38,352 nucleotides of DNA, taken from positions 1 through 38,352 of the IMG/VR virus record IMGVR_UViG_3300038701_001393; one strand, 5' to 3'. Below the pieces are notes generated by a model. It saw only the letters and a list, made by a program, of their open reading frames with translations, was not told the DNA's origin and did not search any database. The DNA comes from a virus. Within the stretch, counting starts at the first letter, position 1, and each line of letters begins with the position of its first letter. This document shows positions 18,888-26,828 of the stretch, piece after piece. A program made the position numbers and the translations under genes.

Positions 18888-19172
18888 TTAGCGCTCCTCT
18901 GCCGAAATCGCATAATGAATATCACCATTAGACCCGACCAAGCGATGCTTAATCTTCTTAATGGATTCGATAGTGCTGTTATACAAAATACCCGTACCTG
19001 TGGCATCTACAAATATGAGCGGCACACCATCTTTATTGGTCATTACCTCATAACCCGTACCAAGATCTCTCTCTATAGTTAGAGTCCCCTTGCCTTTTGC
19101 AAGAATATTACAACTCCCCATAAAAACAAACTCCGCCTCTGGCGCGTCTTTTGTTAAGGTTCCGTTTTTCAT
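18888..19172 (-). CDS. Hypothetical protein (94 aa)
   Basis: Clean ORF in the late unit. No motif. Confidence 0.55.
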   Translation of the reverse strand: MKNGTLTKDAPEAEFVFMGSCNILAKGKGTLTIERDLGTGYEVMTNKDGVPLIFVDATGTGILYNSTIESIKKIKHRLVGSNGDIHYAISAEER

Positions 19173-19218
19173 ATAACCACCGTTTAATTAGTTTCTGCTT
19201 GAATTATACGCTAATTTG

Positions 19219-19368
19219 CTATCTTTCGTAGATTTTTGCATAAATGTTCAGGTATATCCCTTTGTATGGGCCTACCGTTGTATCTTCTACAGGAGCATCA
19301 CCGTCTGGACCGTAGTAGTTAGAGCCATAAAAATTAGCCTGATAAAAGTTTGTGGCGTAGTAGTTCAT
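19219..19368 (-). CDS. Small Tyr/Asn-rich protein (49 aa)
   Basis: Not in the track. ATG 19368 makes an ATGA overlap with the stop of 19365..19610. MNYYATNFYQANFYGSNYYGPDGDAPVEDTTVGPYKGIYLNIYAKIYER. Confidence 0.4.
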   Translation of the reverse strand: MNYYATNFYQANFYGSNYYGPDGDAPVEDTTVGPYKGIYLNIYAKIYER

Positions 19369-19610
19369 AACAGCTTCTTAGCTAACTCATTGTATCCCTG
19401 GTTTCTATTATGGTTCACTGTTTCGCCATGATCAGTGGTGTACCGATAGTTACCCGAATTACCTATCTCCGTGGTGATACTTGCTGATCGAATATAATCG
19501 ATGATCCCATTTACCGTCACTGTGACCGTGATAGTCTCACCGCCGGGTTCATCTCTATTCTTGCCGCGCCTTCTAGGCTCATTTACGGGTCTTTTCTTTC
19601 TAGCTGCCAT
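19365..19610 (-). CDS. Hypothetical protein with a basic N-terminus (81 aa)
   Basis: MAARKKRPVNEPRRRGKNRDEPGG... The start overlaps the end of the 1224-aa gene by 11 nt. Confidence 0.5.
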   Translation of the reverse strand: MAARKKRPVNEPRRRGKNRDEPGGETITVTVTVNGIIDYIRSASITTEIGNSGNYRYTTDHGETVNHNRNQGYNELAKKLL

Positions 19611-22600
19611 CGACTGTTACGCTCGTTCGTTGTCCGTTTGAATCTACCGTAGCAGTAATGCGGTCTTTCGTATCTGCCTGGTCTCTGAATGTTACTGTGG
19701 AACCGCTGACGCTCACCTGACCTGCCGACTCTGCCAACATGATCCTTTGAGCTTCTTGATACGTTGTTGAACCCTCCAGTGTGTTAGTTGTAGGGTCGTA
19801 ATCATATAAACCTAATAGTTTGTTTCGTTCTGTAGTATCTAAACCAGAACCCGAACTTGTTGAATATCCGATACCTGTGTAATAGAAACCTAATCCACCA
19901 CCACCTGATGTAGTAGTAACCTGTGGATAAGCGCCATCTGACCTCTGGATAACTATGTTATCGCCCTGTCTTGCCGAGGTTGCCTTAGTGTTATCGAAGA
20001 AGATATCCACTACAGAGTTGTTAATTGTGATATTGGATGTATCAATTGCCGTGACTCCACCAAAGAAGTTACGAATACCATCCGCTGTTGTTAGGTTGTA
20101 TTTCCACCAGGCGTAGAATCTATCTATGTAGAAAATGTTATCTGGGTCATTTACATCCACTTCAACATTGGGGAAGTCAGCCGTGTACTCTGTAACGGTA
20201 CTACCATCAATCCCATATCCATCATAAACATCATCGTCAACAGGAGTGTTTAGGAAGCTCGTAGTCCCTGCCGCTGTGGCAATACCGGTGGCCTCGATCT
20301 CATCTTCATCCGAGTCTATCCATCGCAACCTTAACGTATCCCCCGCATCAGCCTCTTCACCATCTGTCCAAGAATAAGAATAACCACTCGTATTTGTAGT
20401 GTTCTCTATCTCTATATCTCGGCATGTCCACGTTACTGTGCCGTCACTTGTGGTAGCGGCTAGCGTAGTGTTCCACGTTGGCTCTGAACCGCCTGTAGTG
20501 CCTGCAGTAGTACATTGGAAGTAAAGACCTATACCACGCTCTGTTCCTGCGCCTGTGCTTCGTAGAACCTTGTCTCCGAGACTGTAAGCTGTTGTAGCAG
20601 CCCATGCACTTGCAGTACGTCCTGTCTCATTTACTAGCTGAACTCGGCCTGCTGTGAGGTTGGGAGCGGATACTTGAGCTACTGTTGCAGGAGTGTAGTA
20701 AGTGCCATCATTAGATTGGAAGCGTGCAATATCTGGATGATCAGCACTTGAGCGTGACAAATAAACACCCGACAAATCCGTTACAGCGCCATCACCTTCG
20801 AAGTAACCACGTTCCGTTTCGTAGTTAGCACCAGCCTCTACAACTAGATCTGGCAGATCAAATGCAGTGTAAGACGTGTATAAAGATCCGCTTATGGACG
20901 TATTTACAGCGTTATACACATTGTAGTTATGTTGAGCCAATAGGTTCTCTGCGCTGGTTGTACCGGGATCTACCAATTCATAATCGAAGTTCTTGCCACC
21001 TACCGATATTGGACTGGAGGCATGATCGGTTAACGTCGTAATAGTAACTGACTGATCACCCGTAGTGCCTGCGATAGCATCTTGAGTTAATGCGATGTTG
21101 TATTCGTAGCTTTCTAGTGTTGATACACCACCATCGTTAATAACATCCCATCTGGCTTGATAGTAACCCGTCAAGAACCCTTTGAAGAGTAGATGACTCG
21201 TGTAGTTATAATCTGGGGTTCCATCTCCATTGGTGTCTTCGAAGTACTGGATAACTTGATTAACCTGATTGCTGACTAGTGTAGCCTCGCTTGGAGTGCC
21301 AGCTAATACTTGGGTGTAACCTACAACGGAGGAGGCCTGGAGAGTATTACTTGATTTAATGGAATAGAACTTCTTCGTAGGATTCCCTGTCGTATCATGT
21401 TCCCATTCCATCCCTGCGCCTTTCCAAAATTGAATATCGCCTGAATCGATCGTAGCACCCACTGTTGTAGCAGTGTTGTAATACCCAATAGCATTGAAAT
21501 CAAATCTATCTGGACCGATTGCAGTAATAGGAAATGGACAGTTTCGGTATGCCGTCTCAGATATAAAATCATCAATTAATGCAGAGTAAAGATCTCGACC
21601 TTCTTGATTGGCCACGATAGTTAATATTCGTGTAGAGGCATCATAAGAATAGTCCGCGGGACTCGATAATCCATTGGAAGCATTATAAATAGGGTCTTCT
21701 ACCAGATTCACTGTAACACTAGATGTCCCACTTAATGTGACACCCGTCACCCGTTGAGGTAAGAATCCTGCCTTCTGTACGACATAATCGACCGTTTGTC
21801 CCGAGTGAACAAAAGCCAAACTAGATCCTGTAGTGCTATCCAATACTGTCTGAGTATTCTGGGTGAAGATCTGGATAAGACTCGATGACTCACTTGAGTT
21901 AATCGTAAACGTCACCGAAGGACTATCAACCGTAATCGAACCGCCACCTGCCGTAGGACTCGCCACTGTATTACTTGTTCCACTTGGTAGCGTAATTGTC
22001 GTGTTGTTGGCTGTAGAGTTATCGAGTTCTACCGTTCCAGTCGTCGTTAATCCGGAGAGATCATACGTTCCACTTCCGGTAGTAGGAGATACCGTAACCG
22101 TATTGCTGGCTGTTAGCGTAAGTGTAATATCGCTTAGATCTGTTTCAGCAAACGTGATATCAATATCTGAATCTGTTGTCAGGGATGATCCCGATACTAG
22201 ATCAGCTGTCCAATCAATTGCCGCCGTAGATCCTGTGATAGTTAAGTCTAAATCACCATCTGCTATATCAGCTGTGGCAGGAGATGCGATTGTACACGAT
22301 GTTAATGTGACATTAGCCCCATCTACCACTGTGTCATTCACACCTGCAAATAGACCGTTTGTCACCGTAAGACTGGAACTTGCCGCCGTGCCATCAATGG
22401 TTAAATCATAAGCGGTGGAGTTGGTTGCGGCAGTGAAGTTATCAAATACCTGTGTACCACTAGCAGGACATTCCAACAGTAATTGGAAGAATCCACTAGG
22501 CATTGCGGGATAACCAAAGTCATCCGCTTCTTTAAATGCGATACCTTCTGCTACTGCTGTGGAGTTGTAATCATCCGATGCGATCTTAACCGGGAAGCCG

Positions 22601-23274
22601 AATTCAAAGGTGGGGCCTGCTTTCTTAGCCAGTTGTGATCGATAGTCCTGGGTGGAGAACTGCTCCACTAAGTCAAAGTAATCTTCTAGCTCTACCGTAG
22701 CTGCTCCGCCGGTATCTTCAAAGGTAGCAGGGCCATCAATAAATACTAGTTGGTCAATATGACATGCAAATGCGAATACGTCGGTATTGCTGGCCTGCAT
22801 CTGGAATGCAAAGCCTGTGACGTCTGTGTTATCGAATGTGCCCACCGTTGAGTCTGGCGTGCCAAACATCATACAAGGGTGATAGAACCCGTCATTCCCT
22901 GAGCTACTACCTACCGTGAACTCCCAAATACCCCAGTTAGCTGTGCCCGTGCCCGATCTGAGGCACATACGAATGGCTTTGACGTTGTTAAATCCTGATG
23001 AGTTAACCCGGTAGTGACATACAAATGCTGTATCCGTGGCACTCATATCAACAGCCGAGCCAGAAAAAGCTGCCCAAGCGCTGTACCAATCATCCGTTAC
23101 AGTCGCTGTTCCACCGTTCTCAAAGTAGTTCGATGCTGAACTACCGTTAATCCCTTCTGAACCACTCGTAAAGCCGTCGATAATAGCCTGGTCTGCACCG
23201 GCCACTACTGCCCTTGTTAACGCCGAAGCGCTAAGATCTAAAGGTCTTGTAAGGTTACTAACCGATGCAGCCAT
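19600..23274 (-). CDS. Giant S/T-rich virion-surface / host-recognition protein (1224 aa), putative
   Basis: Longest ORF in the genome. It has long T/S/G/N-rich beta-like stretches. One carbohydrate-binding-like module is present: WAATTAYSLGDKVLRSTG..GLYFQCTTAGTTGGSEPTWNTTLAATTSDGTVTWTC. The C-terminus is fibre-like (..SVSGSTVTFRDQADTKDRITATVDSNGQRTSVTVDGS). The CDS is certain; the function is inferred. Confidence 0.75.
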   Translation of the reverse strand: MAASVSNLTRPLDLSASALTRAVVAGADQAIIDGFTSGSEGINGSSASNYFENGGTATVTDDWYSAWAAFSGSAVDMSATDTAFVCHYRVNSSGFNNVKAIRMCLRSGTGTANWGIWEFTVGSSSGNDGFYHPCMMFGTPDSTVGTFDNTDVTGFAFQMQASNTDVFAFACHIDQLVFIDGPATFEDTGGAATVELEDYFDLVEQFSTQDYRSQLAKKAGPTFEFGFPVKIASDDYNSTAVAEGIAFKEADDFGYPAMPSGFFQLLLECPASGTQVFDNFTAATNSTAYDLTIDGTAASSSLTVTNGLFAGVNDTVVDGANVTLTSCTIASPATADIADGDLDLTITGSTAAIDWTADLVSGSSLTTDSDIDITFAETDLSDITLTLTASNTVTVSPTTGSGTYDLSGLTTTGTVELDNSTANNTTITLPSGTSNTVASPTAGGGSITVDSPSVTFTINSSESSSLIQIFTQNTQTVLDSTTGSSLAFVHSGQTVDYVVQKAGFLPQRVTGVTLSGTSSVTVNLVEDPIYNASNGLSSPADYSYDASTRILTIVANQEGRDLYSALIDDFISETAYRNCPFPITAIGPDRFDFNAIGYYNTATTVGATIDSGDIQFWKGAGMEWEHDTTGNPTKKFYSIKSSNTLQASSVVGYTQVLAGTPSEATLVSNQVNQVIQYFEDTNGDGTPDYNYTSHLLFKGFLTGYYQARWDVINDGGVSTLESYEYNIALTQDAIAGTTGDQSVTITTLTDHASSPISVGGKNFDYELVDPGTTSAENLLAQHNYNVYNAVNTSISGSLYTSYTAFDLPDLVVEAGANYETERGYFEGDGAVTDLSGVYLSRSSADHPDIARFQSNDGTYYTPATVAQVSAPNLTAGRVQLVNETGRTASAWAATTAYSLGDKVLRSTGAGTERGIGLYFQCTTAGTTGGSEPTWNTTLAATTSDGTVTWTCRDIEIENTTNTSGYSYSWTDGEEADAGDTLRLRWIDSDEDEIEATGIATAAGTTSFLNTPVDDDVYDGYGIDGSTVTEYTADFPNVEVDVNDPDNIFYIDRFYAWWKYNLTTADGIRNFFGGVTAIDTSNITINNSVVDIFFDNTKATSARQGDNIVIQRSDGAYPQVTTTSGGGGLGFYYTGIGYSTSSGSGLDTTERNKLLGLYDYDPTTNTLEGSTTYQEAQRIMLAESAGQVSVSGSTVTFRDQADTKDRITATVDSNGQRTSVTVDGS

Positions 23275-23496
23275 TTATTCGTCTTCGTATTTTTCAGATT
23301 GCATTGCGTGAATGAGATTAAGCTTTTCGATGATGCGCTCCAGCTTCTCTCGCGTGATCTTCTTGTCGTCTTCCAAGGTCTTAATACGGTGAATCATCAG
23401 CTTGTGCTCTTGCTGATTAAGACCGTTAGCCAGTGCCGCGCCTGATATAAAACCCGCAACCGAAAGGAATGCAGCAATAACACCCCATGCTTTCAT
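23275..23496 (-). CDS. Small membrane-anchored coiled-coil protein (about 73 aa from ATG 23496)
   Basis: MKAWGVIAAFLSVAGFISGAALANGL (TM segment) followed by HRIKTLEDDKKITREKLERIIEKLNLIH (coiled coil). The track start at 23514 is TTG. Confidence 0.5.
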   Translation of the reverse strand: MKAWGVIAAFLSVAGFISGAALANGLNQQEHKLMIHRIKTLEDDKKITREKLERIIEKLNLIHAMQSEKYEDE

Positions 23497-23503
23497 CCCA
23501 ATA

Positions 23504-23620
23504 TTATCTAACAAGCTGTATCACCTCTACCGGCATGTGCTTACCCGTTATATGCCAAGCATACACAGCCACGGGGCATAACAAAGATAAAATAGATATC
23601 GTAATTAGAAGCTTTTTCAT
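23504..23620 (-). CDS. Signal-peptide mini-protein (38 aa)
   Basis: Not in the track. A strong SD (GAGGTGG) lies 5 nt before ATG 23620. MKKLLITISILSLLCPVAVYAWHITGKHMPVEVIQLVR. It is the first gene after the terminator/promoter at 23640..23686. Confidence 0.45.
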   Translation of the reverse strand: MKKLLITISILSLLCPVAVYAWHITGKHMPVEVIQLVR

Positions 23621-23639
23621 AATGTCCACCTCATTACAT

Positions 23640-23668
23640 ATTATACGTCATGCATAAAAAAACCCCAA
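23640..23668 (-). promoter_or_regulatory. Candidate sigma70-type promoter of the late unit
   Basis: Minus strand reads TTGGGG-17 nt-TATAAT (-35 = plus ccccaa 23663..23668; -10 = plus attata 23640..23645). It overlaps the 3' arm and U-tract of the terminator. Confidence 0.4.
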
Positions 23669-23686
23669 CATATCGCTATGCTGGGG
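23656..23686 (-). terminator. Rho-independent terminator after the phosphoesterase gene
   Basis: Minus RNA reads CCCCAGCAU-AGCGAU-AUGUUGGGG (9-bp stem including one G-U pair) followed by UUUUUUUAU. Confidence 0.8.
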
Positions 23687-23732
23687 CCGTGAACATCAAT
23701 ATGGTTGGATACACATTGAAGAGAGAATTATA

Positions 23733-24449
23733 TCACGGTATATACCCATCCCACTCACCCTTATCGTTTAAAACCATGGGGAGTGTCATAGGTTTGCTGC
23801 GTTTCGTATTAATCCACAGACCATCGGAATGCCATCTCCATGTCTTCTTAGTGTCATAGAGCTTATTAAAGTCGCCTACCATACTGATAGGCAGCCCAGC
23901 TTCTTTGGCCTTTCTCTGGGGAATTCTGCAATGATTACCAGGGGTGATATCCATCTTAGGAAAGATCTCCTGTAGATCCCTGGCGTATTCTTTGGACACT
24001 TGGTATTCGTCTTCAGCGTTTAACGCGTCCGGCTCAGAAGGATGAAAACTAGCTTGATGATGATCATACACATCACCAACAGAGATAATTCGATCAAAAC
24101 CATAATACTTATCTAATGCGAATAGGAACTCAAAGGCCTGGGGATGGTGATAGGGAATGTGCAAATCAGATATAAACAGCGTATTCCCATCATCTCCCAT
24201 CGTGGCCCCTACCGATATAATAGGTCTGGTATGGGTTGCTCTTCCGTAGCTAAACGCTGATAGCTTCTGGTTAATAAGACATCCTGTTCCCATTGACCAT
24301 GTCAGCTGTTTCTTATCTGCTGCGTATTCAAAGCCACATATTCCGTGCATGTGACCTTGGACGGTGTTGTAACAGTACTTCTGGGCGTTCGTCTTTAAAT
24401 TACTTCCAATGTAGTGGTCGACGAAAGTATCGCCTTTACACTTCGACAT
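23733..24449 (-). CDS. Calcineurin-like metallophosphoesterase with circularly permuted motif order
   Basis: 238 aa. GHMH (res 32-35, motif V) and DH (11-12, motif IV-like) precede SDLH (94-97, motif I), GDVYD (125-129, motif II) and GNH (171-173, motif III). Confidence 0.75.
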   Translation of the reverse strand: MSKCKGDTFVDHYIGSNLKTNAQKYCYNTVQGHMHGICGFEYAADKKQLTWSMGTGCLINQKLSAFSYGRATHTRPIISVGATMGDDGNTLFISDLHIPYHHPQAFEFLFALDKYYGFDRIISVGDVYDHHQASFHPSEPDALNAEDEYQVSKEYARDLQEIFPKMDITPGNHCRIPQRKAKEAGLPISMVGDFNKLYDTKKTWRWHSDGLWINTKRSKPMTLPMVLNDKGEWDGYIP

Positions 24450-24624
24450 AACTCACAAAGCCTTCTGGGCTTGTATAAATGCTCGTATATAACGCTAGAG
24501 CATTCTGTATGAATTTGTCGTCGAATCCTTGCTCTATCAATCCCTGAGTTAATGTGAGATACGCCGTAACGATTTCACATTGTTCTTGTTTCTGTCCCTG
24601 ATGTACTTTTAGGTCTTGTATCAT
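24436..24624 (-). CDS. Hypothetical protein (62 aa from ATG 24624)
   Basis: A GAGGTG SD lies 7 nt upstream of ATG 24624 (the track start at 24657 lacks an SD). It overlaps the phosphoesterase start by 14 nt. Confidence 0.45.
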   Translation of the reverse strand: MIQDLKVHQGQKQEQCEIVTAYLTLTQGLIEQGFDDKFIQNALALYTSIYTSPEGFVSYVEV

Positions 24625-24682
24625 ATGCGTACACCTCGTATAAAAAGTGTACAACATATTAAAACAAGCGTTAGATTAATTC

Positions 24683-24892
24683 TTAATCAGAATCGCCGCA
24701 TTCTAGACAGTATTCATATACACCGCATCTTGGTGAATCTTCATCTGGCTTAAAGTTTTCTGGCCATTCGCTTCTTGGCTTATAAATTGTATTATCAATC
24801 GTGTAAGTCCCTGGATGTGTATGAGGAGCCAAACCATAATAAGGGTATACGGTCTTACCTGTTCCTGGATCTGTACAATATTTACATGCCAC
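24683..24892 (-). CDS. Zinc-ribbon mini-protein (69 aa)
   Basis: GTG start with a GGTGGAG SD 7 nt upstream. CKYC at the N-terminus and CLEC at the C-terminus. Confidence 0.55.
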   Translation of the reverse strand: MACKYCTDPGTGKTVYPYYGLAPHTHPGTYTIDNTIYKPRSEWPENFKPDEDSPRCGVYEYCLECGDSD

Positions 24893-24997
24893 AAATCATC
24901 TCCACCAATTCATCTTCAAAACAAATGCAAAAAATACATTTGCGCGGCTTTTTCGTCGCCATCTTTCCAATCTACGGATAGTAGCCATTTTTGGTAT

Positions 24998-25222
24998 TCA
25001 GTCATTTCCCTTTCCTTTTTCAGCATGGATTGTTATATCTCGATTATAAGTTCTATCAAATAGCTTTATTTCCTTATCAAAATCCTTTTCCATCCCTCTT
25101 TCTTTTAAAAGCTTTTTTATCAGGGACATATGCATCCCACCAACAACCATTAGTGTTCTTTCGGCATCCTCATAAACAGCCTCAAACAAAAGACCCTCCA
25201 GATCATCAAAAACATTACTCAT
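24998..25222 (-). CDS. Hypothetical protein (74 aa)
   Basis: Clean ORF. Its ATG 25222 makes an ATGA overlap with the stop of the upstream frame. Confidence 0.5.
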   Translation of the reverse strand: MSNVFDDLEGLLFEAVYEDAERTLMVVGGMHMSLIKKLLKERGMEKDFDKEIKLFDRTYNRDITIHAEKGKGND

Positions 25223-25276
25223 ACAACCGTCCCTATTACTTTAATTCTGTGTTTGTCTAACATTGCTAGATACTCT

Positions 25277-25708
25277 CTACTCATTGAAGATAGACAGAAT
25301 AGCGCTGCATTTCTCGCGACCTCTAGCCTTTCTTTCTTCTTTAGCTTCTTTGGATTCTGGTAAACGAGGTGTAAACACTTTATGTGCTTGATTTGTTTTG
25401 CCTGATTCATACATTAACCCTATGACCCTATCAATATTTAGAAACTTAAAATCTTCATGACCTTCTCGCCTTAAATCATGAAGTGCCGCAAAACCGTTAT
25501 CCATCTGCTCTTTAGTCATCCCCATTAAGCTACCGGCATACTCTCTCTTAATGATTGATTCCGTCTTCCTATCTGGCATATGCCGATCGAACTCACCCGG
25601 ATCAATAGCCTTTAAGCGAAAGAAGAAATACCCCACGGCATCTCTCTGCTCTTTAGTTAGTTGATCTGAACTTATTGGCTTGCCTCTGTAGACGGTTAAA
25701 TCGTTCAT
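25277..25708 (-). CDS. Replication-associated protein, lambda P / helicase-loader-like (weak)
   Basis: 143 aa, TAATG-coupled to the upstream RHH gene (25706..25710). The segment KREYAGSLMGMTKEQMDNGFAALHDL..FKFLNIDRVIGLM resembles the small domain of P/DnaT-type phage replication proteins, from memory. Confidence 0.4.
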   Translation of the reverse strand: MNDLTVYRGKPISSDQLTKEQRDAVGYFFFRLKAIDPGEFDRHMPDRKTESIIKREYAGSLMGMTKEQMDNGFAALHDLRREGHEDFKFLNIDRVIGLMYESGKTNQAHKVFTPRLPESKEAKEERKARGREKCSAILSIFNE

Positions 25709-26127
25709 TAGAACCTCGTTGCGGTATCGTAATCAAAGATCTCACTATTACGCTCAGCGCGCTTCTCCTGAGCAGTTAAATAACCTTTAGGCTTAGAGCT
25801 TCTACTTATCCAATTTGCGGCTGCAGACTTCCAGCACTTCATTTTCGACTTACCAACCTTCCAATCCTTAGATGTGTAGAAGTTAACGAAAGATGCTGCC
25901 TCATCAGTGCTTGAACCTTTATTTAAAAACTCATCTTGAGCCTCTACCAAAGTGGGAGGTGTAAACCTTTTGACTGGAGCTTTACTAGCCTTAGGCTTAT
26001 CTTCGAAATACTCCTCCATAGCCTTCCGCATAAAGTAAGTTCTATCTCGATCCTCTTTAATTGCCAGCTCCTCAAACTTCTCAATTAGCTCTGGGCGCAT
26101 TCTTATATTCACTTGCTTAGTCCGCAT
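25708..26127 (-). CDS. Ribbon-helix-helix DNA-binding protein with a replication-initiator-like C-terminal module
   Basis: 139 aa. QVNIRMRPELIEKFEELAIKEDRDRTYFMRKAMEEYF is a CopG/Arc-type RHH. The C-terminus FVNFYTSKDWKVGKSKMKCWKSAAANW resembles the Y..GW.vG...MKDW module of phage replisome-organiser proteins, from memory. Confidence 0.55.
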   Translation of the reverse strand: MRTKQVNIRMRPELIEKFEELAIKEDRDRTYFMRKAMEEYFEDKPKASKAPVKRFTPPTLVEAQDEFLNKGSSTDEAASFVNFYTSKDWKVGKSKMKCWKSAAANWISRSSKPKGYLTAQEKRAERNSEIFDYDTATRF

Positions 26128-26170
26128 AATCTCTTGATCTCAATCGATGATATACATTTGCTATACGTTG

Positions 26171-26198
26171 ATTATAGTCAGCTAATCGATTATTTCAA
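26171..26198 (-). promoter_or_regulatory. Near-consensus sigma70 promoter upstream of the RHH/replication pair
   Basis: Minus strand reads TTGAAA-16 nt-TATAAT (plus tttcaa 26193..26198; attata 26171..26176), about 45 nt upstream of ATG 26127. Confidence 0.5.
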
Positions 26199-26310
26199 CT
26201 GTTTTGAAATTCTTCTTAAGCTCTTTGATTAAATTCTCTGCCGATATCGGGTAAGGATTGATAATGCTTGAGCCTTTACCGTTTAGTCTTACTCTCCAGT
26301 TAGTTTTCAT
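26182..26310 (-). CDS. Possible mini-protein (42 aa)
   Basis: Not in the track. ATG 26310 overlaps the end of the upstream gene (ATGAAAACTAA). MKTNWRVRLNGKGSSIINPYPISAENLIKELKKNFKTVEIID. Confidence 0.35.
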   Translation of the reverse strand: MKTNWRVRLNGKGSSIINPYPISAENLIKELKKNFKTVEIID

Positions 26311-26485
26311 GTTCGGAAGCCACGCGACCATAGACTTGGCCTACGCGCTTCTCGTGTAGATATTGAACCTTCACTTCTTCAGCCTCCGAACTCCCCGCCT
26401 TCCTTAGTTCGCGCCACTCCTTTCGGTAAAACTCGGCTCGCTCATAAGCTTCATTACAAAGATCCGAATATTTTCTATTACTCAT
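26300..26485 (-). CDS. Hypothetical protein (61 aa), a trimmed version of the 97-aa track ORF
   Basis: ATG 26485 makes an ATGA overlap with the stop of the 59-aa gene. MSNRKYSDLCNEAYERAEFYRKEWRELRKAG... The upstream 36 codons of the track ORF overlap a better-looking gene. Confidence 0.45.
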   Translation of the reverse strand: MSNRKYSDLCNEAYERAEFYRKEWRELRKAGSSEAEEVKVQYLHEKRVGQVYGRVASEHEN

Positions 26486-26661
26486 ACTCTTATATCCTTT
26501 GTGTTTATTGGGTTCTTCCAGCCATCCTGCTTCCGCATCTCCATGATCTGAATCAGCGTAAGCTCTTTCTGACTCCACCCTTTCTTCTCGCAATATTCCC
26601 TAATAAAGCGATCTCTAGCGCTCAAAAAACTATCTCGATCAATAAAGTCTTTAATATCCAT
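26482..26661 (-). CDS. Hypothetical protein (59 aa)
   Basis: Not in the track (59 aa). SD AGAGAGG..ATG 26661. MDIKDFIDRDSFLSARDRFIREYCEKKGWSQKELTLIQIMEMRKQDGWKNPINTKDIRV looks globular and protein-like. Confidence 0.5.
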   Translation of the reverse strand: MDIKDFIDRDSFLSARDRFIREYCEKKGWSQKELTLIQIMEMRKQDGWKNPINTKDIRV

Positions 26662-26678
26662 CTCTCTTTCCTCTCTGT

Positions 26679-26828
26679 TTAAAGTATAAAAACCGTCTTA
26701 TCTTCATTATTAACATCCAGCTCACCAGCTTCACAAGCCGAGCACCCACAACACCCTTGATCTGTCACCTGAACCTCAAAATCTTCTGGCAGCTCCAAAA
26801 GCTTCTCTATTAATTCTTTTACTTTCAT
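26679..26828 (-). CDS. Cys-cluster mini-protein (49 aa)
   Basis: Not in the track. MKVKELIEKLLELPEDFEVQVTDQGCCGCSACEAGELDVNNEDKTVFIL. The N-terminus MKVKELIEKL..P.D.EV is a common small phage-protein pattern. Confidence 0.5.
   Translation of the reverse strand: MKVKELIEKLLELPEDFEVQVTDQGCCGCSACEAGELDVNNEDKTVFIL

Noticed and set aside
21863-22411. 182-aa plus-strand ORF inside the 1224-aa gene. Similar antisense ORFs occur at 13646..14035, 13803..14102, 13807..14079, 3565..3894, 12572..12808 and 5408..5707.
   Set aside because: All lie entirely antisense to, or out of frame with, long well-supported minus-strand structural genes. They have low-complexity V/S/L/P-rich translations typical of the mirror frame of T/S/E-rich genes, and they have no SD or coupling signals.
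24893-24997. 29-aa ORF (MTEYQKWLLSVDWKDGDEKAAQMYFLHLF) filling the gap between 24998..25222 and the 69-aa zinc-ribbon gene.
   Set aside because: It is start/stop coupled (ATGACTGA) but very short, with no SD or motif. That is too little evidence to list it as a feature.
25219-25410. 63-aa ORF overlapping the 3' end of the P-like gene.
   Set aside because: 134 nt of it overlap a better gene in another frame. Only its last 14 codons (from ATG about 25263, preceded by GTAGAGAG) lie in intergenic space, where its stop ATGA-couples to the next gene. It may be at most a tiny coupling ORF.
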